A stretch of DNA of 64,000 bases from an uncultured Bordetella sp. (GTDB lineage Bacteria; Pseudomonadota; Gammaproteobacteria; Burkholderiales; Burkholderiaceae_E), in contig CAZORB010000001.1 of the NCBI GenBank assembly GCA_964581825.1, positions 33,291 through 97,290 of the forward strand, written 5' to 3'. Below are positions 38,465-47,754 of the stretch, piece by piece (within the stretch, counting starts at the first letter, position 1; each line of letters opens with the position of its first letter). Under the pieces are notes generated by a model. It made no database searches. It worked only from the letters and a program-made list of their open reading frames with translations, and was not told the DNA's origin. A program made the translations under genes and the position numbers.

Positions 38465-40492
38465 ATGACGCCTTCTGAAGTCGCCCGCGCCCACGCCCGC
38501 GCGCTCGTCAACGAACATGCTCGAGCCTCGCGGTTTCCGCGGCTGTTCTCACCGATTACGCTGGGCGCTCAAACCAGCAAGAACCGGGTGATGCGCGTGG
38601 CCACCACATCGAACCTGGCCGAGCAGGGGCGCGTCGGCCCCAAAATGCTCGCGTTTTATCGAACGGTCGCCGAGGGCGGCGCAGGCGTGATCGTGAGCGA
38701 GGCCACCCGGCTCCATCCGCTTGAGGGCGTCGTGCCGCATGCACTGCCGCTTTTTGATCCAGGCGTCATCCCGGGATTACGACGAATCAGCGACGCCATT
38801 CATGAGCAGGGCGCGCTCTTTATCGTGCAGCTGAACCAGGGTGGGCGTCAGCATCTGAGCCGCCGCGTTCCCACGCTGGTGGCGCCCTCCGAGATTGCCT
38901 GCCCGCGAAGCGGCGGCACACCCCACGCGCTGTCCACGCGCGAGGTCGGCGAGATGATCGAGAATTTTGTCGCGGCAGCGGTGAACGCGCGTGACGCGGA
39001 AGCCGATGGCGTCGAGATTCACGGCGCGCAAGGCCACCTCATCGGTCAGTTCGCCTCGCCGTTCAGTAACACGCGTGATGATCGCTACGGGGGCAGCCTC
39101 GAGAACAGAATGCGCTTTGCGCTTGAAATCATCGAAGGCGCGCGTCGGCGCCTGGGCGATAGCGCAGTGATCGGCTACAGGATGGGCGTCGAGGAGTTCA
39201 CCGCGGGGGGCGTGACCATTGAACTGGCCTGTGAAGCGGCAGCATTTCTCGCGCGAAGCGGCCTCATCAACTATGTGTCACTTAGCCAGGGCAACTTCAA
39301 CACCATTGAAACGCATCTTCCCGATCGCCATTGGCCGCAGGTCACCTATCGGGATATCCAGCGCCAGATCAAACAGGCGGTTGGCGACCTGGTCGTGGTT
39401 CAGAGCACTCGAATTCAGATGCCCGAACAGGCCGAAGACATCCTCGCCTCCGGCGATGGCGACATGATCGGTCTGTGCCGTGCGCTGCTGGTTGACCCCG
39501 AGTGGCCTCGTAAGGCCCGCACCGGACGCGAAAGCGAGATTCGTCGATGCATCGCCTGCAATCAGTGCTGGGACTGGATCACCGGGCCTGACCCGGTGGG
39601 CTGCGCCACCAATCCGGTTGCCGGACGCGAGCACCATTTCGGGCGCCTGAAGCCGACCGCGCACCGACGCCGTGTCGCAGTCATCGGGGGCGGGCCCGCC
39701 GGATTGGAAGCCGCCAGGATCGCAGCCGAGCGCGGCCATCACGTCACGTTATTCGAGAAGAGCGCAATCCTGGGCGGCAAGATGGCGCATGCGCCGGGGC
39801 TGCCCCACGGGGCTGAACTCAAGCACCTGCTCGATTTTCTGATCCCGGCGGTCAGGCGTCTGCCGGTACAGATCGAGTTTGACTCCAGCCCTGATGCGCA
39901 AACACTGATCGCACGCGGCTTTGAGGCGTTTGTCGTGGCGACCGGCGCCCAACCGATTGCACCCGCGCTAGAGGGTGACCACTCTGTTCCTGTCGTGGCG
40001 GTAGCCGGACCCGATGATCTCGCAGCGCTCGATCGTGACGGTCGTACGCTGGTAGTGATGGATGAAGACGGCTACTTCTGGGGCTCCGCCGCGGCCGAAG
40101 CAGCGCTGCAGCTTGCCTCCCGGCGCGGTCAGACACTGCATGTGGTGACGCGCTTCTTTGAGATGTTTCGAGAGCTGCCCATGGTCTCTCGTATCGCAGC
40201 GTTGCGTGCGCTTGACCTCGGCGGCGCGGTGCTGCACACCTCGATGGCGGTGGTGGGCAGCCGCCAGGGTGCGGCCGTGCTGCGGCACTACCTCACCGGG
40301 CGCGAGCTGGTGATCGCAGATGCCGCAGGCATCGTCTGGGCTGGCCGACAGGAGGCGCGCGGCGGGCCGCTGTATGAACGGCTTCGCGAGCTCGGTTTCG
40401 AAACTACCACCTGGATCGCTGGCGACGCTTTCGCGCCACGACGGCTTCCTAACGCACTGGTCGAGGCGCACACTGCGGCCCGCCAGATCTGA
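38465..40492 (+). CDS. Two-domain NADH:flavin oxidoreductase (OYE-like N-domain + FAD/NAD(P) domain; 2,4-dienoyl-CoA reductase-like)
   Basis: OYE TIM-barrel region (GVEIHGAQGHLIGQFASPFSN), a Cys cluster RRCIACNQCWDW, and the dinucleotide motif VAVIGGGPAGLEAA. Confidence 0.88.
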   Translation: MTPSEVARAHARALVNEHARASRFPRLFSPITLGAQTSKNRVMRVATTSNLAEQGRVGPKMLAFYRTVAEGGAGVIVSEATRLHPLEGVVPHALPLFDPGVIPGLRRISDAIHEQGALFIVQLNQGGRQHLSRRVPTLVAPSEIACPRSGGTPHALSTREVGEMIENFVAAAVNARDAEADGVEIHGAQGHLIGQFASPFSNTRDDRYGGSLENRMRFALEIIEGARRRLGDSAVIGYRMGVEEFTAGGVTIELACEAAAFLARSGLINYVSLSQGNFNTIETHLPDRHWPQVTYRDIQRQIKQAVGDLVVVQSTRIQMPEQAEDILASGDGDMIGLCRALLVDPEWPRKARTGRESEIRRCIACNQCWDWITGPDPVGCATNPVAGREHHFGRLKPTAHRRRVAVIGGGPAGLEAARIAAERGHHVTLFEKSAILGGKMAHAPGLPHGAELKHLLDFLIPAVRRLPVQIEFDSSPDAQTLIARGFEAFVVATGAQPIAPALEGDHSVPVVAVAGPDDLAALDRDGRTLVVMDEDGYFWGSAAAEAALQLASRRGQTLHVVTRFFEMFRELPMVSRIAALRALDLGGAVLHTSMAVVGSRQGAAVLRHYLTGRELVIADAAGIVWAGRQEARGGPLYERLRELGFETTTWIAGDAFAPRRLPNALVEAHTAARQI

Positions 40493-40519
40493 TTAACCCC
40501 TGATGCAAAGGAGACTCTG

Positions 40520-40945
40520 ATGAGCCTGGTCAAACGCACGATCGACGCAGTAAGCGTTCGCAGAATGATTGATGCCGCAATCGAAAAATCCACGGCGATG
40601 AACAAAGCGATGTGTATCGCAATCACCAACGAAGCCGGTCAGTTGAAGGCCTTCCATGCCATGGACGGGGCCCCGCATCTGTCGATCGATATCGCGCAGA
40701 ACAAGGCCTGGACTGCAAGCTCGTTTGGCATTGCCACCCATACCTGGTTCGATTTCATCAAGAACGATCCACCGCTTCTGGCTGGCATCACGCACACGCC
40801 GCGGCTGGTGGTGTTTGGCGGTGGCTACCCCATCATCGAAAACGGCCAGGTCATCGGTGCGATTGGTGTGAGCGGCGGCCACTATTCCGAGGACATGGAA
40901 GTCGCTCGCGCGGCGCTCGACGCCATCAACGCGCCGGTTCAGTAA
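40520..40945 (+). CDS. GlcG/HbpS-like heme-binding (DUF336) protein
   Basis: FGGGYPIIENGQVIGAIGVSGG motif, 141 aa. Confidence 0.8.
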   Translation: MSLVKRTIDAVSVRRMIDAAIEKSTAMNKAMCIAITNEAGQLKAFHAMDGAPHLSIDIAQNKAWTASSFGIATHTWFDFIKNDPPLLAGITHTPRLVVFGGGYPIIENGQVIGAIGVSGGHYSEDMEVARAALDAINAPVQ

Positions 40946-40948
40946 TCA

Positions 40949-41536
40949 ATGGAACTCTCGCTTGCGCCGCTGCCCTGGGCGATCGACGCGCTGGAGCCGC
41001 ATCTGTCGGCGGAATCCATGCGCTTTCACTATGGCAAGCACCACCAGAACTACGTTACCCAGCTCAACCGCCTGATCCAGGGTACCGAGTTCCACGATCG
41101 CCCGCTCGAGACCATCGTGCGTGAATCGCGCGGCGCTATCCTCAACAAAGCTGCGCAAATCTTGAACCACAGCTTCTACTGGTCCAGCATGTGTCCGGGC
41201 GGGGGCGGCGCACCCGAAGGCCCGCTGCTCGACTCCATCGAGCAGCAGTTCGGGTCGTTTGCGGGGTTTCGCGAAGAGTTTGTCAAGCGCGCCACCGGAA
41301 ACTTCGGTGCGGGCTGGACCTGGCTGGTGAAGCGGCGCACAGGTGAAGTCGCCATCATCAACACCGCCAACGCGGAAACGCCGCTGGTCTCCGCGCATCG
41401 GCCGCTATTCACGATTGATGTGTGGGAGCACGCCTACTACATCGACTACCGCAACGGCCGTCAGCGCTTTGTCGAAACCTTCCTCGACCACCTGGTCAAC
41501 TGGCGGTTCGCACAGCAGAACTTCGAAGCGGCTTGA
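40949..41536 (+). CDS. sodB: Superoxide dismutase [Fe]
   Basis: LPWAIDALEPHLSAESMRFHYGKHH and DVWEHAYYIDY. The AAQILNHSFYW context favours the Fe-type. Confidence 0.93.
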   Translation: MELSLAPLPWAIDALEPHLSAESMRFHYGKHHQNYVTQLNRLIQGTEFHDRPLETIVRESRGAILNKAAQILNHSFYWSSMCPGGGGAPEGPLLDSIEQQFGSFAGFREEFVKRATGNFGAGWTWLVKRRTGEVAIINTANAETPLVSAHRPLFTIDVWEHAYYIDYRNGRQRFVETFLDHLVNWRFAQQNFEAA

Positions 41537-41539
41537 TGC

Positions 41540-41572
41540 CGCCTGAGGTGGCCTCTACGGCTACCTCAGGCG
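41540..41572. terminator. 14-bp stem hairpin between convergent sodB and phoX
   Basis: CGCCTGAGGTGGCC (41540-41553) pairs with GGCTACCTCAGGCG (41559-41572), including one G-T wobble, with loop TCTAC. TCTTCCTCT follows on the plus strand. Confidence 0.5.
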
Positions 41573-41585
41573 TCTTCCTCTACGC

Positions 41586-43871
41586 TTACCGTCCGACCAC
41601 ACCGCCGTCAGTCCGCGTGATCACGATGGTAGCTGACCGAGGCCGGCCCGCGGGACCATAAGCAGCGGCCGTCGCAGTCGTGCCATTACCCGGCCACTGG
41701 CTCTCAAACGAGAAGGTGGGGTTGCTGCCCAGGGCTGCCGTGTTCTCGCCCGGATGCTGAATGTTCACGAACAGCGCCTTGCCATCGGGGCTTTCGGCCA
41801 CACCTGTAATCTCCGCGCCCTTAGGCCCCACCAGGAATCGCTTCAGACGGGCCTCGCCCAGCAGTCCCCCCACGAAGGTGTCCTGCGTAGCGGTTGCACC
41901 GGACAGCGTATTGGTGATCGTCACCTTCGCGCCATCGCCCACCTCGCCCGGCACCGCCGCAAGCAGCATGCAGTTGGTCTCGTCAGTGAAGGCGCCATCG
42001 TCGGTCTGAATCCACAGGATGCCGGTTGCCGGGCTGAACCAGAGGCCATCGGGCGAGGACAGCGAGTTGTTTGCCGACAGACGCGACACATTGACGTTGG
42101 CCGAGTCCATGTCCTCTTCGGCCCCAAACAGGAAAATGTCCCACTTGAAGGTGGTGGCAGTGGCGAGGTCGCCGGCTTCGCGGAAGCGGATGATGTGACC
42201 ATTGGGGTTACCGGACCCCCTCACGCCGTCAGGGTCCGCGTAAGCGCGCGGATTGGCCGCGTCCGTGGTGCCCGGCTTCCGGTTGGTTGAATTGTTGTTG
42301 GTAAGGCAGAAATACACCTCGCCATTGGCCGGGTTGACCGCGCCCCATTCCGGGCGATCCATCTTGGTTGCACCCACCGCATCGGCTGCGATCCGGGTAT
42401 GCACATACACCTCGGCCTGGTTGGCGAAGGCGAACGCAGTGTAGTTACGGATGGCGGGTGAGTCGTAAGTGAGCTCGATCCACTGGCCGGTGCCGTCCGC
42501 ATTGAACTTCGCTGCGTACAGCTTGCCTTCGTCCAGATACTTGTTGCCGGCTGCCATTCCACCTGCAGCATCCCCAGCCGACCAGTTGGCAGCGGTCACA
42601 AACTTATAGATGTATTCATTGCGGGAGTCACACCCCATATAAAACGCAAGGGGCTGCCCGGCGCGGGGAATGCTGTGCACCGCCGCTTCATGCGCAAAGC
42701 GGCCCATCGCCACGCGCTTAGCCGGCCGCGCGGTGGGATCAGCGGGATCAATCTCGAGGTTGTAGCCAAAGGTATGCGGCTCATTGCGAAAATCATTGGC
42801 TGCGGCTGCACCGCTTGCTGCGATATTCCAGCGTTCAAAGCGCATGTCGCCAGTGTCGGCAGGCGTGTGCCAGCCTTGCCCGATCCGGCGGCCGGCTGCG
42901 CCAGCAGGCGCTGTGGTGGCGACCCCATAGCGGGTGCGCGAGGCCATCAGCTTGGTATCAGTGGGCAGCGCCGCACCCGCGGGCATGTTGAAGTAAAACG
43001 CCCAGTTTTCTTCGCAGGTCAGCATCGTTCCCCACGGCGTGCGGCCAGAGCCACAGTTATTGAGCGTACCGCGCGCCGTGGCACCGGTCGCATCAAACTT
43101 GGTTGCAAACAGCTGGCGAATTCCTGCAAGGTGGGCGGCGGGCCCGCGCACATCCACCACTGTATTGGGGGTGACCCGGCGATTGAACGTCGAGTCAAGT
43201 TTGTAGCCGGTGATTGCGCCATTGGCGCCAATCATCAACTCGACGAGCGATACGCCGTGATGATTGATCTCTTTGTCCACCTCAAGCGCGGGCCGAACAC
43301 CGTCGTCCCAGGCGCCGAACTGGCTGAACTTCTGACCGGTCTTGGCGCCGGAAGTCTGGCCGTTGGGATGAAAGAAATGCGCATCGGCCGAGCTCTCGTG
43401 ATTCACCGCCAGCACCGCACGCGTCGTGGCCGTGGCGGTCACCTTATTGTTCGCATCCAGGTAGAAGAGCTCCATGCCATCGTGATGATCACCGACGCGA
43501 CGCGCCCAGTCATCGGCTTCAAGACCAGCGTTGCTGTAGGTGGGTAATGCGCTATCAAGCCGGTCACCCGTGGCATGAATCACGCGGGCTGTGTAGCCCG
43601 TGGGTAGCACCACCGTATCAAGCACGCTCTTGGTCACCGGTGTGAACTTAAGCTGGGCGGCCGCAAGCGGCTCGGCAAGGGTCTTCAGGCCCCCTGTGTC
43701 GCTGCTCGCGCAGCCGCTGATCGCTGGCAGCACAGTCACGGCAGACAGCCCTACGCCCCGGCGCAGCAGCGCCCGTCGCGAGGGATCGGCGAGGCCGCGC
43801 GCCAGAACATCCTGGAAGTGTTCGTTGTTTGAAGTGTTTTCGATTGGCATCGAGTCGCTATGTGTCGTCAT
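41586..43871 (-). CDS. phoX: PhoX-family (DUF839) secreted alkaline phosphatase
   Basis: Twin-arginine region SRRALLRRGVGLSAV followed by the lipobox-like AISGC. The rest is a large beta-propeller-type sequence with motifs such as RPEWGAVNP and SPDGLWF. AGGAG lies 8 nt upstream of ATG 43871. Confidence 0.82.
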   Translation of the reverse strand: MTTHSDSMPIENTSNNEHFQDVLARGLADPSRRALLRRGVGLSAVTVLPAISGCASSDTGGLKTLAEPLAAAQLKFTPVTKSVLDTVVLPTGYTARVIHATGDRLDSALPTYSNAGLEADDWARRVGDHHDGMELFYLDANNKVTATATTRAVLAVNHESSADAHFFHPNGQTSGAKTGQKFSQFGAWDDGVRPALEVDKEINHHGVSLVELMIGANGAITGYKLDSTFNRRVTPNTVVDVRGPAAHLAGIRQLFATKFDATGATARGTLNNCGSGRTPWGTMLTCEENWAFYFNMPAGAALPTDTKLMASRTRYGVATTAPAGAAGRRIGQGWHTPADTGDMRFERWNIAASGAAAANDFRNEPHTFGYNLEIDPADPTARPAKRVAMGRFAHEAAVHSIPRAGQPLAFYMGCDSRNEYIYKFVTAANWSAGDAAGGMAAGNKYLDEGKLYAAKFNADGTGQWIELTYDSPAIRNYTAFAFANQAEVYVHTRIAADAVGATKMDRPEWGAVNPANGEVYFCLTNNNSTNRKPGTTDAANPRAYADPDGVRGSGNPNGHIIRFREAGDLATATTFKWDIFLFGAEEDMDSANVNVSRLSANNSLSSPDGLWFSPATGILWIQTDDGAFTDETNCMLLAAVPGEVGDGAKVTITNTLSGATATQDTFVGGLLGEARLKRFLVGPKGAEITGVAESPDGKALFVNIQHPGENTAALGSNPTFSFESQWPGNGTTATAAAYGPAGRPRSATIVITRTDGGVVGR

Positions 43872-43914
43872 GTCGCAAGCTCCTGAGTGAGTTGCGATAG
43901 TGTCGAAACGCTGT

Positions 43915-43954
43915 GTGACGCCGATGTGAAAATTAGATGAAGAATCGATGACGG
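43915..43954 (-). promoter_or_regulatory. Two tandem Pho boxes (four 7-mers at 11-bp phasing) upstream of phoX
   Basis: The minus strand reads CCGTCAT cgat TCTTCAT ctaa TTTTCAC atcg GCGTCAC. The E. coli consensus is CTGTCAT-N4-CTGTCAY. A -10-like CACTAT (43897-43902) lies 12 nt downstream. Confidence 0.7.
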
Positions 43955-43997
43955 CGCAGTGCTATGGCGGACAGGCTTGCGCTCGGCCCGCCTGACA

Positions 43998-46106
43998 TCA
44001 GGCGGAAAGTCGTCGCATCAGCTCAAGCTGCGAGTGGTAACCACGACGACGCCCACGGGGCACGCTTCTGCGGTAGCTGCCGTCAGCATCCATCAGCCAG
44101 GCGTCGGCGTTATCGCCAAGATGAACGGTGATGGCCTCGGTGACGACACGCTCTTTCAGCTTTGCGTCGCGCACGGGAAATGCCACCTCAACGCGCCGCA
44201 GCAGATTGCGATCCATCCAATCTGCCGAGGACAACCACACAGCGGGGTCGCCTGCATTGTGGAACACATAGACGCGGCTATGCTCAAGGAAGCGCCCGAC
44301 CACCGAGCGCACGCGAATGTTGTCGCTTAAGCCCGGCACGCCTGGCCGCAGTGCGCAAACACCGCGCACGATCAGATCAATCTGTACACCCGCAGCACTG
44401 GCTTCGTAGAGGGCGTCAATCACCTGTTGCGACAAGAGCGCATTGATTTTGGCTGAAATCGCGGCAGGGCGCCCCGCCTTCGCATGCTCGATTTCGCAGC
44501 GGATAGCCTCCAGCACCATCTCAAGCAGCGTAAATGGCGACTGCGCAATGACCCTCAGCCGGCCGCGCTCGCCAAGACCGGTGAGCCTCTGAAACACCTG
44601 ATGCACGTCGGCGCAGATGTCGGGCTCTGCGGTAAAGAGGCCAAAGTCTTCGTACAGCCGCGCAGTGCGTGGGTGATAGTTGCCCGTGCCCAGATGGACA
44701 TAGCGGCGGAGCACCGTCTGACCGTTTCGGCTGCGTTCGCGCCGCAGCACCATGGCCATTTTGGCGTGCGTCTTATGACCCACTACGCCATACACAACAT
44801 GCGCGCCAACCTCCTCGAGTCGGGCCGCCCAGTTGATGTTGGTGAGCTCATCAAATCGCGCCATCAGTTCCACCACCACCGTGACTTCTTTACCGGCACG
44901 GGCGGCCTCTATCAGCGCCTGCATCAGTGCTGAGTCATCACCGGTTCGATACACGGTCTGTTTGATGGCGACCACATCGGGGTCGCGCGCGGCGCTGGTC
45001 AGGAAGCGCATCACCGGCGCGAACGACTCATATGGGTGATGAATCAGGATGTCCTGTTTGCGAATGGCGGCAAACAGATCACGGCCCTTCAGCGGTGCGG
45101 CAATCGGCGGCTCGAACGCCGGAAACAGGAGGTCAGGCCGATTGGCAAGGCTGATCACCTGCTGCAGTCGTACGAGGTTCACTGGCCCTCGCGAGCGATA
45201 GCAGTCGCGCTCTCCAAGTTCAAACTCTTTCAGTAACCGTGCAATCAGGCGCTCAGGGGCATCTGCCGACACTTCCAGCCGAACCTCATCTCCGAACTGC
45301 CGCTGAAGCAACTCGCCCTGCAGCGCCTCGCGCAGATCGGTGACCTCTTCGTCATCGACGAAAAGATCGCTGTTACGCGTGAGCCTGAACTGATGCACTT
45401 CCCTCACCGCCATGCCGGGAAACAGCCGCCCTACAAAGCCCTGCACGATCGAGGTGAGCAGCATCATGCCGTGCGGGTGCCCAGAAATCTCGGGCGGCAC
45501 CGGCAGTACGCGCGGCAGCGCGCGAGGCGCCTGAACAATCGCAATGCCCGCGCGGCGTCCAAATGCATCCTCGCCATCAAGTTCGACGATGAAGTTGAGG
45601 CTTTTATTCAGAATGCGCGGAAAAGGATGGGCAGGATCCAGCGCAATCGGTGTCAGCAGCGGCTCGACCTCGCGATCAAATACGTCGCTTGCCCACTGCC
45701 GTTGCGCATCGTTCCAGTCGGCCATCAGGTGAATGACGATACCTTCAGCCACCAGCAGCGGCTTCAAGGTATCGTTTAAAAGCGTGTATTGCCGATCGAC
45801 CAGCGCCCGGGCAGCGTGTGCGATCGCATCAAGACTTGCTGACGCGACCGCGGAATCGTCACGCCCGTAGCGCGCGATCTGCTGTAACTCAGCGACGCGA
45901 ATCTCAAATAGTTCATCGAGATTGTTGCTGACAATGGTGATGTAGCGAAGCCGCTCCAGGAGTGGAACGCCTTCGTCGTCCGCCATGGCGAGTACCCGCT
46001 CGTTAAAGCGCAGGATGCCCTGCTCGCGATTAAGAAGCCTGCTGCCAGGCTCTGAAAGGGGCAGGTCCATGGTGGTATCGCCGGCGTTGGAGGCTTTTTT
46101 ACCCAT
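43998..46106 (-). CDS. ppk: Polyphosphate kinase 1
   Basis: LLNREQGILRFNERVL N-terminus, the autophosphorylated-His region VVGHKTHAKMAMV, and two PLD-like domains. The start is uncertain: GTG 46112, ATG 46106 or ATG 46070. Confidence 0.95.
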   Translation of the reverse strand: MGKKASNAGDTTMDLPLSEPGSRLLNREQGILRFNERVLAMADDEGVPLLERLRYITIVSNNLDELFEIRVAELQQIARYGRDDSAVASASLDAIAHAARALVDRQYTLLNDTLKPLLVAEGIVIHLMADWNDAQRQWASDVFDREVEPLLTPIALDPAHPFPRILNKSLNFIVELDGEDAFGRRAGIAIVQAPRALPRVLPVPPEISGHPHGMMLLTSIVQGFVGRLFPGMAVREVHQFRLTRNSDLFVDDEEVTDLREALQGELLQRQFGDEVRLEVSADAPERLIARLLKEFELGERDCYRSRGPVNLVRLQQVISLANRPDLLFPAFEPPIAAPLKGRDLFAAIRKQDILIHHPYESFAPVMRFLTSAARDPDVVAIKQTVYRTGDDSALMQALIEAARAGKEVTVVVELMARFDELTNINWAARLEEVGAHVVYGVVGHKTHAKMAMVLRRERSRNGQTVLRRYVHLGTGNYHPRTARLYEDFGLFTAEPDICADVHQVFQRLTGLGERGRLRVIAQSPFTLLEMVLEAIRCEIEHAKAGRPAAISAKINALLSQQVIDALYEASAAGVQIDLIVRGVCALRPGVPGLSDNIRVRSVVGRFLEHSRVYVFHNAGDPAVWLSSADWMDRNLLRRVEVAFPVRDAKLKERVVTEAITVHLGDNADAWLMDADGSYRRSVPRGRRRGYHSQLELMRRLSA

Positions 46107-46131
46107 TGGCACGTGATGATGGTCGGCAACA

Positions 46132-46149
46132 ATGACAGTTTGATGACCA
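46132..46149 (-). promoter_or_regulatory. Pho box facing ppk
   Basis: The minus strand reads TGGTCAT caaa CTGTCAT. A -10-like CATCAT lies 10 nt downstream. Confidence 0.65.
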
Positions 46150-46161
46150 CTCGCTACGCGC

Positions 46162-46179
46162 GCGTCAACGCGCTGTCAT
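46162..46179 (+). promoter_or_regulatory. Pho box facing ppx
   Basis: The plus strand reads GCGTCAA cgcg CTGTCAT. A -10-like GATCAT lies 10 nt downstream. AAGG lies 10 nt upstream of ATG 46215. Confidence 0.65.
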
Positions 46180-46214
46180 ACTCGCGCCCGATCATTCTCA
46201 AGGTATCGTCGCTG

Positions 46215-47717
46215 ATGTCGGAGCCCAACCTGCTTGCTGCCATTGATCTTGGATCGAACAGCTTTCGGCTGTTGATTGCCCGAACTGCGGGCGACGGGTC
46301 ATCGCCCTCCGTTCGTGCAATCGACAGCGTCAAGCGAAGCGTGCGGCTTGCGGCAGGCCTTGATACCGACCGCTGGCTCGATGCCGACTCCAGGATGCGA
46401 GGGCTTGAAGCGCTCAGCGTTTTCAGCAATCGGCTGCGGGCTTTTGCCCCACAGGCGGTTCGCGCTGTCGCCACCAATACGCTTCGCGTTGCACGCAACG
46501 CCGCAGACTTTCTGGCGGATGCGCAAGCCGTGCTGGGGTACCCCATCGAGGTGATCTCGGGCCAGGAAGAAGCGCGGCTGATCTGGGTAGGCGCCTCGCA
46601 TGCTCTGGCCGATCAACGGCGGCGATTAGTCATTGACATTGGCGGTGGGTCAACGGAGTGCATTCTCGGCGCGGGCAGCGACCCGCTGATGCTTGATTCG
46701 ATCCATGCAGGCTGCGTGAGCACAACGTTTTCGTACTTTGGCGACGGCCGTGCGGACCCGCGAAGCTTTGAGCGAGCCACCCGCCAGATCAAACAGCAAT
46801 TTTCGCCGGCGGCGCGGCGCGCGCGCGCACTCGGATGGGAGCACGCGGTGGCCACCTCCGGAACCGCCAAGGCGCTGACCCAACTTGCCCGGTCGGCGTT
46901 CGGATCCCAAAGCCTCGATCGGCTGGCGCTCGAGCAAATGCGGCGGGCCCTGTTTGCTGCGTCCGTTGATGAGTCGCCGGTGTTTATGCAGGTCAAACCC
47001 GATCGCCGTTCGGTCATCGCCGGCGGGCTCGCCGTCATGACGGCGGTGTTCGATGAATTCGGACTTGATTCGATCGATTACTGCGAGGCGGCGCTGCGCG
47101 ATGGCATTCTGATCGAGTTGTGGTCCGAGCTCTCGGGGCGCGACGTGCGCGAGCAGACAGTGGGGCGGCTGGAGCATCGCTATCGGCTTGACCAGGCCCG
47201 TGGACGGTGGCTCGCCGATACCGCCTGTGCGCTCTACGATCAGGCTGCGCGCGCGGTTCGCGAGGAACGGCTGGAACGTCGCACACTGCTCGCCTGGGCA
47301 GCCAGGCTCGCCGATGCGGGCCGCATCATCAGCGAAGAAAACCATCATCGACACGCTGCCTATATGCTTCGCAACGCCGATATGCCGGGCTTTAATGAAG
47401 CGGAACAACACGCGCTCTCAGCGCTGGTGCTCGCCCAAACCGGGGGGCTTCGTAAGCTGCGCGGCCTGATATCTGGCGAGCTCGGCTGGCTGTCAGTGCT
47501 GGCGCTGCGCCTGGCGGTCCACCTTGAGCGGCATGCGCGCGGCGATCCGTCACCGCCCCCGCTGCCGGCGCTGTTTTTCAAGCAGGGCCTTGCGCGTATC
47601 GAGATCGACCGGCAATGGCTTGCCTCGCACCCCGAGGCTCGCGATGCGCTCCTCGAAGAATCCGAGCGCTGGATCGATCAGCGTCTGCTCGCGGAATTCG
47701 AAGTGCGCGAGCTCTAG
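46215..47717 (+). CDS. ppx: Exopolyphosphatase (Ppx/GppA family)
   Basis: LAAIDLGSNSFRLL ATPase motif, and DIGGGSTE. The ORF-track extension from 46113 is rejected. Confidence 0.93.
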   Translation: MSEPNLLAAIDLGSNSFRLLIARTAGDGSSPSVRAIDSVKRSVRLAAGLDTDRWLDADSRMRGLEALSVFSNRLRAFAPQAVRAVATNTLRVARNAADFLADAQAVLGYPIEVISGQEEARLIWVGASHALADQRRRLVIDIGGGSTECILGAGSDPLMLDSIHAGCVSTTFSYFGDGRADPRSFERATRQIKQQFSPAARRARALGWEHAVATSGTAKALTQLARSAFGSQSLDRLALEQMRRALFAASVDESPVFMQVKPDRRSVIAGGLAVMTAVFDEFGLDSIDYCEAALRDGILIELWSELSGRDVREQTVGRLEHRYRLDQARGRWLADTACALYDQAARAVREERLERRTLLAWAARLADAGRIISEENHHRHAAYMLRNADMPGFNEAEQHALSALVLAQTGGLRKLRGLISGELGWLSVLALRLAVHLERHARGDPSPPPLPALFFKQGLARIEIDRQWLASHPEARDALLEESERWIDQRLLAEFEVREL

Positions 47718-47754
47718 CCACCCACGGCGACACAACCACGCGCCAGTCACCGCG

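Noticed and set aside
43989-44006. The inverted repeat CCGCCTGA-CA-TCAGGCGG overlapping the ppk stop codon, considered as a ppk terminator.
   Set aside because: The loop is too small unless the stem shortens to ~6 bp, and no U-tract follows on the minus strand. It may still slow read-through into phoX, but I cannot support calling it a terminator.
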